This document shows, in pieces, positions 10,291 through 18,809 of a stretch of 64,000 nt of DNA (position 1 is the stretch's first letter; every line of letters starts with the position of its first letter). Position numbers and translations under genes: made by a program. Location: sequence record DRR378314_402. One strand, given 5' to 3'. The notes under the pieces are model-generated. The model was not told the DNA's origin, searched no databases, and was given only the letters and a program-made list of their open reading frames with translations.

Positions 10291-10836
10291 ATGAACAATC
10301 GATTCGTAATTACCGGCGGACCCGGCGGTGGCAAAACAACAATCCTTACTGCTCTTGCCGAGCGTGGATACAATTTCGCACCAGAGTCTGCCCGGAAGAT
10401 AATCAAGGAGCGGTTAGCGGTGGGGCTGTCGCCTCGTCCGGAACCTGTCTCGTTTGCCCTGGAAGTACTAAGTTCAGATATCGATAAGTATCGAAAGGCC
10501 GATAGCGGCTGCTATACGTTTTTTGATAGAGGTGTACTGGACGCGTTGTATATGCTTAATGAGGAAAACGCACTGACCCAAGAGCAAGCTGAACAGTACA
10601 TTCACGATTTTCCTTACAATAGAACTGTCTTTCTTCTGCCTCCGTGGAACGGAATTTATGTCAACGATTCTGAGCGCGATCAAACGTTTGAACAAGCTGT
10701 TGCAGTGTACGAAGGTATAAAGAGGTGGTATCTGCACTGGGGCTATGAAGTTTTGGAAGCGCCGCGTAGTCCTGTTGAAAAGCGGGTTTCATTTATTTTG
10801 GAAGCGGTAGATAACACTCTAACAACTGCCAGGTAA
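10291..10836 (+). CDS. AAA_28/NadR-like P-loop ATPase
   Basis: VITGGPGGGKTT Walker A; FFDRG; LPPW..IY..D.ER. Confidence 0.82.
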   Translation: MNNRFVITGGPGGGKTTILTALAERGYNFAPESARKIIKERLAVGLSPRPEPVSFALEVLSSDIDKYRKADSGCYTFFDRGVLDALYMLNEENALTQEQAEQYIHDFPYNRTVFLLPPWNGIYVNDSERDQTFEQAVAVYEGIKRWYLHWGYEVLEAPRSPVEKRVSFILEAVDNTLTTAR

Positions 10837-10888
10837 GAGCCTCTCCTAATATTGAGTACCGGGCTCTTGTAGCAAACGTCAGCCACAG

Positions 10889-10907
10889 TTGTACAATATT
10901 CTGCACA
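10889..10907. promoter_or_regulatory. yefM-yoeB autoregulatory operator
   Basis: TTGTACAA and TGCACA cores 12 bp apart upstream of yefM, like the paired TGTACA repeats of E. coli yefM-yoeB. Confidence 0.6.
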
Positions 10908-10961
10908 TATGCCAATGCCTATTTTATACTTGCCCAATAAGTTAAACATGTTGAGGTGCTT

Positions 10962-11216
10962 ATGAGAATAGTCTCTTTTACTGAAGTCCGAAATGGCTTA
11001 AAAGCAGTGTTGGACAGTGTAATAAATGATGCTGATACAACGGTTATTACCCGTCGTGACTCGGAAGATGTCGTGGTGATGTCCTTGGATTACTACAATA
11101 GCCTAATGGAAACTGTTCATTTGCTCCGTTCGCCAGCAAACGCTGAACATTTGAATAAATCTATTGCTCAATATAGAGAAGGTAAAGCCGAAAAGAGAGA
11201 GTTATTAGATGAGTAA
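10962..11216 (+). CDS. yefM: Type II antitoxin YefM (Phd family)
   Basis: MRIVSFTEVRNGLKAVLD...VITRR...MSLDYYNSLMETVHLLRSPANAEHL; ATG follows GAGG. Confidence 0.92.
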   Translation: MRIVSFTEVRNGLKAVLDSVINDADTTVITRRDSEDVVVMSLDYYNSLMETVHLLRSPANAEHLNKSIAQYREGKAEKRELLDE

Positions 11217-11343
11217 CAGGTGGCTGTCATGGACTGATACGACCTGGAAAGACTATTTATATTGGCAGACTCAAGATAAAAGGACACTTAAACGTATCAA
11301 CAGATTAGTTGCCGAAGTTAGGACGATCTGCAAGAGAGTATGA
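11209..11343 (+). pseudogene. yoeB: Truncated YoeB/Txe toxin (44 aa, C-terminal catalytic half missing)
   Basis: Manual translation: MSNRWLSWTDTTWKDYLYWQTQDKRTLKRINRLVAEVRTICKRV*. The YoeB N-terminus is clear; the GKPEPL...WSRRI...HY region is absent. Confidence 0.85.
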
Positions 11344-11406
11344 AGGCGAAAAAGTGACTGTTAGCAAATGACAACGAAATTGAGTTAGAGCTAAGTGGCT
11401 TGTAAA

Positions 11407-11490
11407 GAGTTAGCAAAGCAAGGCTCAGCAATGGCGTTTCCGTTGCGGCTTCGCTACTATCCTAAAGCTGCGCGTGCTGCGGACCTTAAG
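11407..11490 (+). repeat. Degenerate attC-like site
   Basis: GAGTTAGCAAAGCAAGG...GTTGCGGCTTCGCTAC...AAAGCTGCGCGTGCTGCGGACCTTAAG resembles attC architecture with both core boxes mutated. Confidence 0.5.
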
Positions 11491-11513
11491 TTTCCCGGAG
11501 AGATAGTACGAAT

Positions 11514-11834
11514 ATGGTAAACGGATTCAATAACCACGATGACATGGTCAATTCGGTCTGTGATGGGTTTATCAACAGAGTCAATGATGCCGTACCCAAT
11601 AGTATAGAGCTTCTTTGCAACCAAGATGGTTATGAAATACTGACCGAAGCATTTGGCAGCGAATTTCAAAAGCATGACATAGAAAATGCAAGCATTGAGC
11701 AAATCAACTCTATAGCAAAAGAATTGAGCGAGTTTCTGGAAAAAGAGGTAAGTCCAGAGGAAGTCTTCGGCTTTATTAATGGGGCTCTTAAACAATCATT
11801 TGGTGACTACCGTGCTGTGCAATACGAAACTTAG
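11514..11834 (+). CDS. Hypothetical protein (acidic, cassette-like)
   Basis: GGAGA RBS upstream; 106 aa; co-oriented with neighbours. Confidence 0.6.
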   Translation: MVNGFNNHDDMVNSVCDGFINRVNDAVPNSIELLCNQDGYEILTEAFGSEFQKHDIENASIEQINSIAKELSEFLEKEVSPEEVFGFINGALKQSFGDYRAVQYET

Positions 11835-11870
11835 CACGTTCGAGTGGTTGAGATCTGAGCTGAAAGGAGA

Positions 11871-12368
11871 GTGTCCGTGCAGTTAGAAAACCTAGCTGAG
11901 TGGCTTAAAGGACTTCGAAAGGAAGACGACTTGCTTGTTGGTGAGCTGCACCTGCCCTTCATGCGACAAAAAGAATTGACAGAAGTCTGCTTTGTCGGCC
12001 AGAAGAAGGCGGTTACGGAGAGTCAGCAGAAGACGCTGCTGGGTTATCTTAAGCAACTTGATACTATTCATCAGCAGGCCGTGGAACGAATCTTTACTGA
12101 CTACCAGGCAAAAACCGACATTTATCGAGAAGCCTTTGAAGAGTGGGGTGAAGACCCCGATGAGCATGTTCCTCTCATCAATTCCGCCGAAGACTTAGCT
12201 CCAATTCTACTGTATCAGAGCTTATTTATTCCCTCTTGGAAGGATGTAGGAACTTTCGGTATGGGGTTTTGGGCTAAGTGGGAAGTTGAGCATGGCGTCG
12301 GGATCAAATTTGAAAGCTGGCGCCTACTTGAAGCAGGCGGAAATGCGGTTCACTTTTGTTTCGAATAA
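11871..12368 (+). CDS. Hypothetical protein, DUF2004/DUF6985-like (possible immunity protein)
   Basis: AAGGAGA RBS; C-terminal F...W..EHGVGIKF motif. Confidence 0.55.
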   Translation: MSVQLENLAEWLKGLRKEDDLLVGELHLPFMRQKELTEVCFVGQKKAVTESQQKTLLGYLKQLDTIHQQAVERIFTDYQAKTDIYREAFEEWGEDPDEHVPLINSAEDLAPILLYQSLFIPSWKDVGTFGMGFWAKWEVEHGVGIKFESWRLLEAGGNAVHFCFE

Positions 12369-12374
12369 ACAAGC

Positions 12375-12407
12375 AGCTAACAATCTCAGGCATGGCGGGC
12401 GTTAGGA
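12375..12407 (+). repeat. Internally deleted attC-like site
   Basis: AGCTAACAATCTCAGGCATGGCGGGCGTTAGGA: TAACAA inverse core and GGGCGTTAG core with only a short spacer. Confidence 0.55.
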
Positions 12408-12418
12408 GAGTTTAAAAA

Positions 12419-12799
12419 ATGATAGAGCTGTACTTCTTAGTAAGCGTCTTTGTAGGAATAGCGGTAATTGTTGATGGTGTTGTTTTATATAAAGCCAAAG
12501 GCGTTTGCTGGACGAACAAAATACAGTCGTTCACAACCACTATTGAATTTTTATGGGTTATTGTTTCTATCATTACCTTTTTTACGCTAGAGTTATCACA
12601 CTTCCAGATATTAATTCCTTCTCTTTACGTCGTGCATAATATTTTTGGCTGGGCGTACGGCTCTTATCTTGTGTCAAAGTCACCTGAAGTGAAGAATGGT
12701 ACAGAAGCGTTGATTGTACCTTACTGGTATCTTATTTTTGGCATGACCGTTGGTATCGTATTCAGTATAAGCAGTTTATGTGCACTCATACTCTTATAA
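12419..12799 (+). CDS. Hypothetical membrane protein (about 4 TM)
   Basis: Hydrophobic segments; stop codon embedded in TTATAACCAATGGCT (attC-like start). Confidence 0.65.
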   Translation: MIELYFLVSVFVGIAVIVDGVVLYKAKGVCWTNKIQSFTTTIEFLWVIVSIITFFTLELSHFQILIPSLYVVHNIFGWAYGSYLVSKSPEVKNGTEALIVPYWYLIFGMTVGIVFSISSLCALILL

Positions 12800-12849
12800 C
12801 CAATGGCTTAAATGGTTAATATGAACACGAAAACACTTAGGTACCAAAA

Positions 12850-13404
12850 ATGGCATTACAAGCAACTCCTTATAAAATTTCACTGGATATATCAGATACT
12901 GATCGCGGTGTTTACGAGAGTGTGAAATTTACTGTTGCACGCCATCCATCTGAGACAGAGCTGCGTTTAGCCTCACGAGTACTGGCTTATGCGATGTTCT
13001 ATCATCCGCATTTAGCCTTTGGCCGGGGGTTATCCGATACCGATGAAGCGGCACTTTGGGAAATAGATCTCACCGGTGAAATTCAGCATTGGATTGATGT
13101 TGGCCTACCGGATGCTGCGCGGGTTATTAAAGCCAGTCGACGTGCACCGAAGATGTCCGTAGTTGTGTATGGCAATGCGCGTTTGTGGCGAGAAAAAGTG
13201 CTACCGAAGTTTGCCCATTTAAACAACGTGAATGTGTTTGTTTTACCGCAAAATGAGCTAGCGGAAATTGCTGAAAAATTACATCGCTCAACACACTGGG
13301 GCGTAATGATAAGCGATGGTCAGCTGTATATCAGTGATGGTGATGAGCAGGTGATTGTTGCGCTTGAGTGTTGGCATGGTGAAATGCCCGAGGCATCGCT
13401 GTAG
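12850..13404 (+). CDS. yaeQ: YaeQ family protein
   Basis: MALQAT.YK..L.ISD.DR..Y.....VARHPSET..R; FGRGLS..DE.ALW; WIDVGLPD. Confidence 0.92.
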   Translation: MALQATPYKISLDISDTDRGVYESVKFTVARHPSETELRLASRVLAYAMFYHPHLAFGRGLSDTDEAALWEIDLTGEIQHWIDVGLPDAARVIKASRRAPKMSVVVYGNARLWREKVLPKFAHLNNVNVFVLPQNELAEIAEKLHRSTHWGVMISDGQLYISDGDEQVIVALECWHGEMPEASL

Positions 13405-13487
13405 GTTAATGGGCATTACAAATAAGTGGTGCAGTGGTTCTTCGTTGCGGCTTTGAATGCACTCCAAAGCCGCGCAGCGTCATTTCG

Positions 13488-14312
13488 TTAACTTTTAGTC
13501 AGGTAGCCGAGTTCAATCAGTGTTTCGCGGACTCGCTTTTTGATGTGTTTGGAATTCCGTATAAAGTACCGCTGAACAGAGGTGTTTTCTGCGTCGACTT
13601 TATCCAGCATCTCGTCTTTAAGCTTACGCGCTACATGAGCTGGCGCTAAAGGGTCTGTGACTATGCCGATAGTGTGACTGCTAAGCCTGTTTTGTATCGC
13701 CATTGTGTCGGCGTACCGGCCTGATTCAGCTACTTTGGTATAAACTTCGTCAGCTGGCAAATCATAGATGTCGGCATAAATTTCACGTAATTCGTCGAGG
13801 CCTTCCTGCTGTTCCTGATCGGTGTAATCTCGCATGCTCATCGCGTGCTCTACTGAAAGTTCCGCTGTGGTCAGCGGATTGATAACACCGTCGTAGATGT
13901 CGCGCGCTCCAATGGTTACGGTTTCCCAATACGGAGCCAGCGTTACTGTAATTTTAGGCAAAGGATTTTTTCTAGGCCAGGATGCAACTAAATTGTAACC
14001 TAGGTGAGGAGCTTCGGACTCCCAACTAAGCTCGTAACTGCCGTCGGGGTTGGTTGTGGTTTTAGGATCTTTTGAGTTGCATCTGAAGGTTTTTTTTAAA
14101 TCGGCGCAGACTTCTACATTGCTAACTCCTTCTTCAAATATAACTTTGCCGGATACTTTAATCGTACGGGTTTCTGGCTCGGCATTCGTCTGTTCAGCAG
14201 GGCTTTCATTGCTCTGAACCTGAGTCTCTTTAACTTCCGTTTCTGAATCGGAGTCGTTGCAACCGATTAAAACCGTACTCATTAAAATAAGACCAAAAAG
14301 CTTTGTTGGCAT
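13488..14312 (-). CDS. Hypothetical lipoprotein
   Basis: MPTKLFGLILMSTVLIGC lipobox; VCADL....C...DP.TTT..DGSY motif; INPLTT. Confidence 0.65.
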   Translation of the reverse strand: MPTKLFGLILMSTVLIGCNDSDSETEVKETQVQSNESPAEQTNAEPETRTIKVSGKVIFEEGVSNVEVCADLKKTFRCNSKDPKTTTNPDGSYELSWESEAPHLGYNLVASWPRKNPLPKITVTLAPYWETVTIGARDIYDGVINPLTTAELSVEHAMSMRDYTDQEQQEGLDELREIYADIYDLPADEVYTKVAESGRYADTMAIQNRLSSHTIGIVTDPLAPAHVARKLKDEMLDKVDAENTSVQRYFIRNSKHIKKRVRETLIELGYLTKS

Positions 14313-14429
14313 TTCAAAATCCTTTCGAAACAAAATGTAAGTATGTATATTCACATAGCGTAGTAGAAAGTAAAAGTTAAGAAAGCGTTAAGACAAGATG
14401 CCAGATGAAATTGGAGTTCAAAATCAAAC

Positions 14430-15542
14430 ATGCAGAATTCAAATAATGTTGTCGGGAAGCAGAGTAGTTACGACGAGCCAATGAATTCACCTGAAGAGAG
14501 GGTTAAGTCGTTTATTTCCCATTGGTATGAACAATGGTTGAAAGCCGAGACAAAGAGCAAGGCTGAAGAGGGTAACGGTCAGGGGTTTGATTTTGGCTAC
14601 TGGCGTGATCTTATGTCCGCTGTCGATAAAGCTCACTTCCTTGCCGGTAGTGGTTCAGGGTCTGACAATTCGTTTGGGCCCGCTGACTACGACCCGAATA
14701 ACGAAAAAATCATTGAATGTGATATTCAAGGCGACTTGGCTCAGCTGCTTACCGAGCTGCACCAAGATGAGGGTAGGCCTTCAAATTATCATGCCTACGA
14801 GCTCAAGTTAGATGCAGAAAAAGACTGGAAAATAACGCGGATACATACTCTTTTTCATCCTCCCAAAAGCCCGGTTATTGCCCCTGAACAACATGCTGAT
14901 ATTCTTGCTATGTCGAGCTCCGCTGCTCCGTTTATGAATAGACAAGAGAATTTAAACCTTAATGAACAGGTTCTTTTTCAGCAAAACCGACATGTTGAGA
15001 TCCCGTATTTAGGTGAGGGAGAAGCAAAGCTGGAAGAGGTTGGCAAGCTCCGAATTAGTTCAGGCGTCCTTGGTATCTTAGATTTTGGCTATGATATTTA
15101 TCGGTTTGAGCCGCTACAGCGTAAGGTAAAGCCCGGCGACTATCTCGTTGAAACAGTTACAGCCTATAACCGGGTTGCCGGTATTCGGGTAAAGCTAAGT
15201 GAAAGCGAGCAGTCGGTAAAATGGTATGCAGCGAATACACCGAGCGGTAATGGCGTTTATGGTGTCGACGCTGGGAACTTGGCTATATTCGATGTTGCGA
15301 ACCTTTTGGAATTAAGCCATTTGAGAAAAGAAAAACTCTTTAACGAATGGATTCTGGAGGGGAAAACAGAGCTGCTATCAATGACAGGGCAAGATGACTG
15401 CGTTATTTGTACCAGCGGTTTTGGCGATGGCGCTTACCCCGCATTTTGGGGAGTCAATGAGCAAGATGAAGTGGTCTCGCTGTACATTGATTTCATGATC
15501 CTTGTACAAGAAACTGAAAACGGCTCATATGAGTCGATTTAA
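14430..15542 (+). CDS. NTF2-fold immunity-like N-terminal domain fused to DUF4241-like domain
   Basis: C-terminal YGVDAG...F.D and SGFGDGAYPAFWG typical of DUF4241; N-terminal helix plus YDP..E.I...Y.L....WKI pattern. Confidence 0.6.
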   Translation: MQNSNNVVGKQSSYDEPMNSPEERVKSFISHWYEQWLKAETKSKAEEGNGQGFDFGYWRDLMSAVDKAHFLAGSGSGSDNSFGPADYDPNNEKIIECDIQGDLAQLLTELHQDEGRPSNYHAYELKLDAEKDWKITRIHTLFHPPKSPVIAPEQHADILAMSSSAAPFMNRQENLNLNEQVLFQQNRHVEIPYLGEGEAKLEEVGKLRISSGVLGILDFGYDIYRFEPLQRKVKPGDYLVETVTAYNRVAGIRVKLSESEQSVKWYAANTPSGNGVYGVDAGNLAIFDVANLLELSHLRKEKLFNEWILEGKTELLSMTGQDDCVICTSGFGDGAYPAFWGVNEQDEVVSLYIDFMILVQETENGSYESI

Positions 15543-15620
15543 AATATTCTGTCAGTACTTTGCAGCCTTTGAACAAACCGCTTATATTGGAAGCAGCGCT
15601 TAATAGGAAGAGGTAAGTCA

Positions 15621-16520
15621 TTGCAACATGCATTGTTAGTGGTGAATCCGAAGAGTCGGAATGGTCACTCTGAGGTGCTAACAGAAGCTATCGATTTGCT
15701 CAGAAACTCCGGCATTGAGGTAGAGGTTTGCGTCACTGAAAGCGCATCTCACATGGCTTCCTGCATCGAAAATTACCGTGAGCAAGATGGTGTAGTTATT
15801 GTTGCCGGTGGCGATGGAACTATCAGCTCTGCGTTAGAGTCAATTTATAAAAGCAAACAAACCTTAGCCATTTTACCTATGGGTACGGCGAATGATTTTG
15901 CGCGGTCGCTGGGGCTGCCACAGGACGTTGTCCCGGCCGTACAGGCTATCATTGACGACGAGCGGGAACGCATAAACCTGGCAAAGGTGAACGGTAATTA
16001 CTTTGTGAATGTTGCTCATGTTGGCTTAGGCGTAGAGGTGACCCGCGAGCTGACATCAGAAATGAAGAAGTATTTCGGAATATTTGCTTATCTGGGTGCC
16101 TTTACCAGCGTGGTAAAGCGTAATAAAAGTTTTAAAGTCGCTATAAAAGCCGATGACTGGGAAGGCTCAGTAAGAGCTATTCATCTGGCGGTGGGTAATG
16201 GGCGCTTTTATGGTGGAGGGAATATTGTCGATGATGACTCCACATTGCTGGATGGACAACTGAACTTATTTTGTTTGAAGCCAATACGTTGGTGGCGGTT
16301 GCTATTGCTGGGGGTAAATTTCCGTCATGGTAATTTAGAAAAGGCAGAACGTGTGGTCTGTAAAAAAGCCCGGAAAATTAGCGTTAAAACTTCCAGGCCT
16401 AAGCGGATTCAGGCCGACGGTGAGTTTAAAACAGAGACACCGGCTGAGTTTGAAGTGATCCCAAAAGCTATTGAAGTTATTGTTGGCGATATGCCAGTGC
16501 CAAATAAAAACAAGGAATAA
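15621..16520 (+). CDS. YegS/diacylglycerol kinase-like lipid kinase
   Basis: VNPKS, AGGDGT, LPMGTANDFARSLG, GNGRFYGGG, ADGE. Confidence 0.9.
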   Translation: MQHALLVVNPKSRNGHSEVLTEAIDLLRNSGIEVEVCVTESASHMASCIENYREQDGVVIVAGGDGTISSALESIYKSKQTLAILPMGTANDFARSLGLPQDVVPAVQAIIDDERERINLAKVNGNYFVNVAHVGLGVEVTRELTSEMKKYFGIFAYLGAFTSVVKRNKSFKVAIKADDWEGSVRAIHLAVGNGRFYGGGNIVDDDSTLLDGQLNLFCLKPIRWWRLLLLGVNFRHGNLEKAERVVCKKARKISVKTSRPKRIQADGEFKTETPAEFEVIPKAIEVIVGDMPVPNKNKE

Positions 16521-16521
16521 T

Positions 16522-16962
16522 ATGTCGATATTACGCACAGATAATCAGGCCGATAGCATGGAAATTCTGAAGCTCGTCATTGAGACAAAGGATTACTACC
16601 GTGAAATAGCGAAGGTGGTCGAGGATGATAGCCTTGCTAACGAGCTTGATAGTATTGCCAGTAAAAGAGCCTCCTTTATTGAGCCGTTTGAAAATATCGT
16701 TAAGGACTTCGGCGAGCTGCCGGCTAAACCCGACCCTGATAAAGAGCTGATGCAAATAATTGAAGGGGAGCTCACTCAATTTTTCTCTGCGGATTCTAAA
16801 ACCGCTATTTTGGATAAGTGCCTGCAGGAAGATGAAGAGCTGGCATCTGTGGTAAATAGTACCAAACTGGGCGAAAAGTCGGCGGAGTCTCAGAAGCTAC
16901 TCGACGCGTTGGCTGAGAACCTTAGTGACACAAAAAAATCAATTCAGGCGTTAAAAAATTAG
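16522..16962 (+). CDS. DUF2383/PA2169-like four-helix ferritin-like protein
   Basis: Acidic helical protein; AAGGA RBS before ATG 16522, directly after the lipid kinase stop. Confidence 0.55.
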   Translation: MSILRTDNQADSMEILKLVIETKDYYREIAKVVEDDSLANELDSIASKRASFIEPFENIVKDFGELPAKPDPDKELMQIIEGELTQFFSADSKTAILDKCLQEDEELASVVNSTKLGEKSAESQKLLDALAENLSDTKKSIQALKN

Positions 16963-16997
16963 TATGTAATACGGCGAGCGGGTAAATAACCTAACCT

Positions 16998-17037
16998 ACG
17001 ATTCAAAACCATTCACACCTAAATTCCTACCGCTCAC
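16998..17037 (+). promoter_or_regulatory. LytTR-type direct repeats
   Basis: ACGATTCAA (16998), ACCATTCAC (17008), ACCGCTCAC (17029); the last two are 21 bp apart, the usual LytTR spacing. Confidence 0.6.
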
Positions 17038-17106
17038 GCATTCCTTGTTTGTATCTGCCGGGCGGCTGGGCTAGCTTAGCAGTCAGTTTCCTAACGGCAC
17101 TGACAC

Positions 17107-18111
17107 ATGACTTTCAATAAAAAAGAAAAACTATCGATAACGGCGCTGCTGATTATTCTCTACTTAATACCTGCAGGGCTAGAGTGGTTAGAGTTTGATA
17201 GCGAAAACTTACACGTTATTGCGATAAGCCTGTCAATTTGGCTGGCCTTTTTTTACCTCGGCCCGTTTTGGCTGTTCTACTGGACTCAACAGAACAAGCA
17301 TGTTGCCCGCTTACACGTGGTGGCGCAGGGCGTGTTGTACGTTCTGATGATGTTTGCTGGCGCCAATATCGTCAGCAGACTGCATTCGATGGCGTTTCCG
17401 CAGTACCAGTTTCCGATAAAAGAGCAAGGGCTGTCGGCATTTCTGTGGGGCGTGTTCATCTTCTCGATGACGCACATGTACCTTTTATACCAGCGCTTTG
17501 TTCAGGAGCAACGGTTGCGTAAAGAAGCCCAGCTGGCTGATTTGACCAGCCGCTTAAATCCACATTTTCTGTTCAACTCGTTGAACACCATTTCCGCGCT
17601 TATCCACTCATCACCTGACAAAGCCGATGATGTGTTGCATAAACTATCCGACATACTGCGATACTCCGTAGAGCAGCAAAATAAGTGGGTGCCGCTGGAG
17701 CACGAGCTTGCTGTTTGTGAAACCTATTTAACGGTTGAGAAAGCGAGGTTCACCGACAACTTGAACATTAGCTGGCAAATTGCGCCTTCGGTCGATACGC
17801 GGCAATTGAAGGTGCCGCCGCTGTTACTGCAGCCGCTAATTGAAAACGTTATGAAGCACGTGAAGCGCCGACCTATTGAGTTGCTCATTAGCGTGCAAGC
17901 GGAGCAGGGCAAGCTTATATTCAAGGTAAAAGACAACGGTAAAGGTTTTTCTGAGCCGTCGTTGAATGAGCAATCGAAGGCCGGTCAGGGTCTCAATATT
18001 GTGAAACAACGTGTTGATATTGCAGGTGGTAAGCTGTCGCTTTTTAACGATACGTCAGAGCAAGGAGGTGCGGTGTGCGAAATCACCTTACCCATTCACG
18101 CCTGCGTGTAA
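17107..18111 (+). CDS. LytS/YehU family sensor histidine kinase
   Basis: About 4 TMs; LNPHFLFNSLNTI; LLQPLIEN; DNGKGF; GQGL. Confidence 0.92.
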   Translation: MTFNKKEKLSITALLIILYLIPAGLEWLEFDSENLHVIAISLSIWLAFFYLGPFWLFYWTQQNKHVARLHVVAQGVLYVLMMFAGANIVSRLHSMAFPQYQFPIKEQGLSAFLWGVFIFSMTHMYLLYQRFVQEQRLRKEAQLADLTSRLNPHFLFNSLNTISALIHSSPDKADDVLHKLSDILRYSVEQQNKWVPLEHELAVCETYLTVEKARFTDNLNISWQIAPSVDTRQLKVPPLLLQPLIENVMKHVKRRPIELLISVQAEQGKLIFKVKDNGKGFSEPSLNEQSKAGQGLNIVKQRVDIAGGKLSLFNDTSEQGGAVCEITLPIHACV

Positions 18112-18797
18112 TTATTGTTGAAGACGAAGCGCCGGCGCGCTCGAAGTTAAACACGCAGCTTGCGCAAATGGAAGGCGTTGAGGTTGTTGCGGAATGCGCT
18201 GATGCCCCTCAGGCAATACACGACATTAACTCGCTCAAACCAGATTTGGCTCTGTTAGACATTGAGCTGGGTGAGTTGTCAGGCTTTGATGTTCTGGAAG
18301 CAATAAAGCACCCCTGCCATGTGATATTTACCACGGCTTACAGCCAGTATGCCGTTAAAGCATTCGAGAAACAGGCGTTAGATTATCTACTGAAACCCTT
18401 TGATTTGCCGCGACTGCGTCATGCTTTAGAGCGCGTGGTATTAGCGCGGCCCCAGGTTGCAGAACCCGCCACAGTGCAATTCACCGCTAAAGTCGGCGAT
18501 AAAATACGTATACTGCAATCATCCGATATTCGATTTGTGAGAGCTTCACAGGGACTGGTGGTAGCTCAATGCCTTGAGCGCGAACATCATTTGGATGACA
18601 GTCTGGAATCCCTGTTGAACCAGTTGCCAAGTTCCTTTTTGCGGGTGCACCGCAACAGCATCGTAAATACCCAACATATTCATCAAATAGAAAAGTGGCA
18701 AAACGGTGCACTTTTACTTCGTTTCGAGGGTGTAAACGACACCATTACGACCAGCAGACGTGGCGCCGCAGTGCTAAGAAAATATCTCAACCTATAA
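18075..18797 (+). CDS. LytTR family response regulator
   Basis: REC domain (VEDE, LDIEL, FTTAY, DYLLKP) plus LytTR domain (FLRVHRNSIVN). Confidence 0.92.
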   Translation: MRNHLTHSRLRVIIVEDEAPARSKLNTQLAQMEGVEVVAECADAPQAIHDINSLKPDLALLDIELGELSGFDVLEAIKHPCHVIFTTAYSQYAVKAFEKQALDYLLKPFDLPRLRHALERVVLARPQVAEPATVQFTAKVGDKIRILQSSDIRFVRASQGLVVAQCLEREHHLDDSLESLLNQLPSSFLRVHRNSIVNTQHIHQIEKWQNGALLLRFEGVNDTITTSRRGAAVLRKYLNL

Positions 18798-18809
18798 CCG
18801 GAGAGCAAC

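Noticed and set aside
10291-10836. AAA ATPase as part of an anti-phage system
   Set aside because: It is a small stand-alone AAA_28/NadR-like protein with no nuclease or effector partner.
13434-13480. GCGGCTTTG...CAAAGCCGC hairpin and 71-aa ORF after yaeQ
   Set aside because: The hairpin lies between convergent genes and is adequately explained as a terminator or attC remnant; the ORF overlaps the lipoprotein gene antisense.
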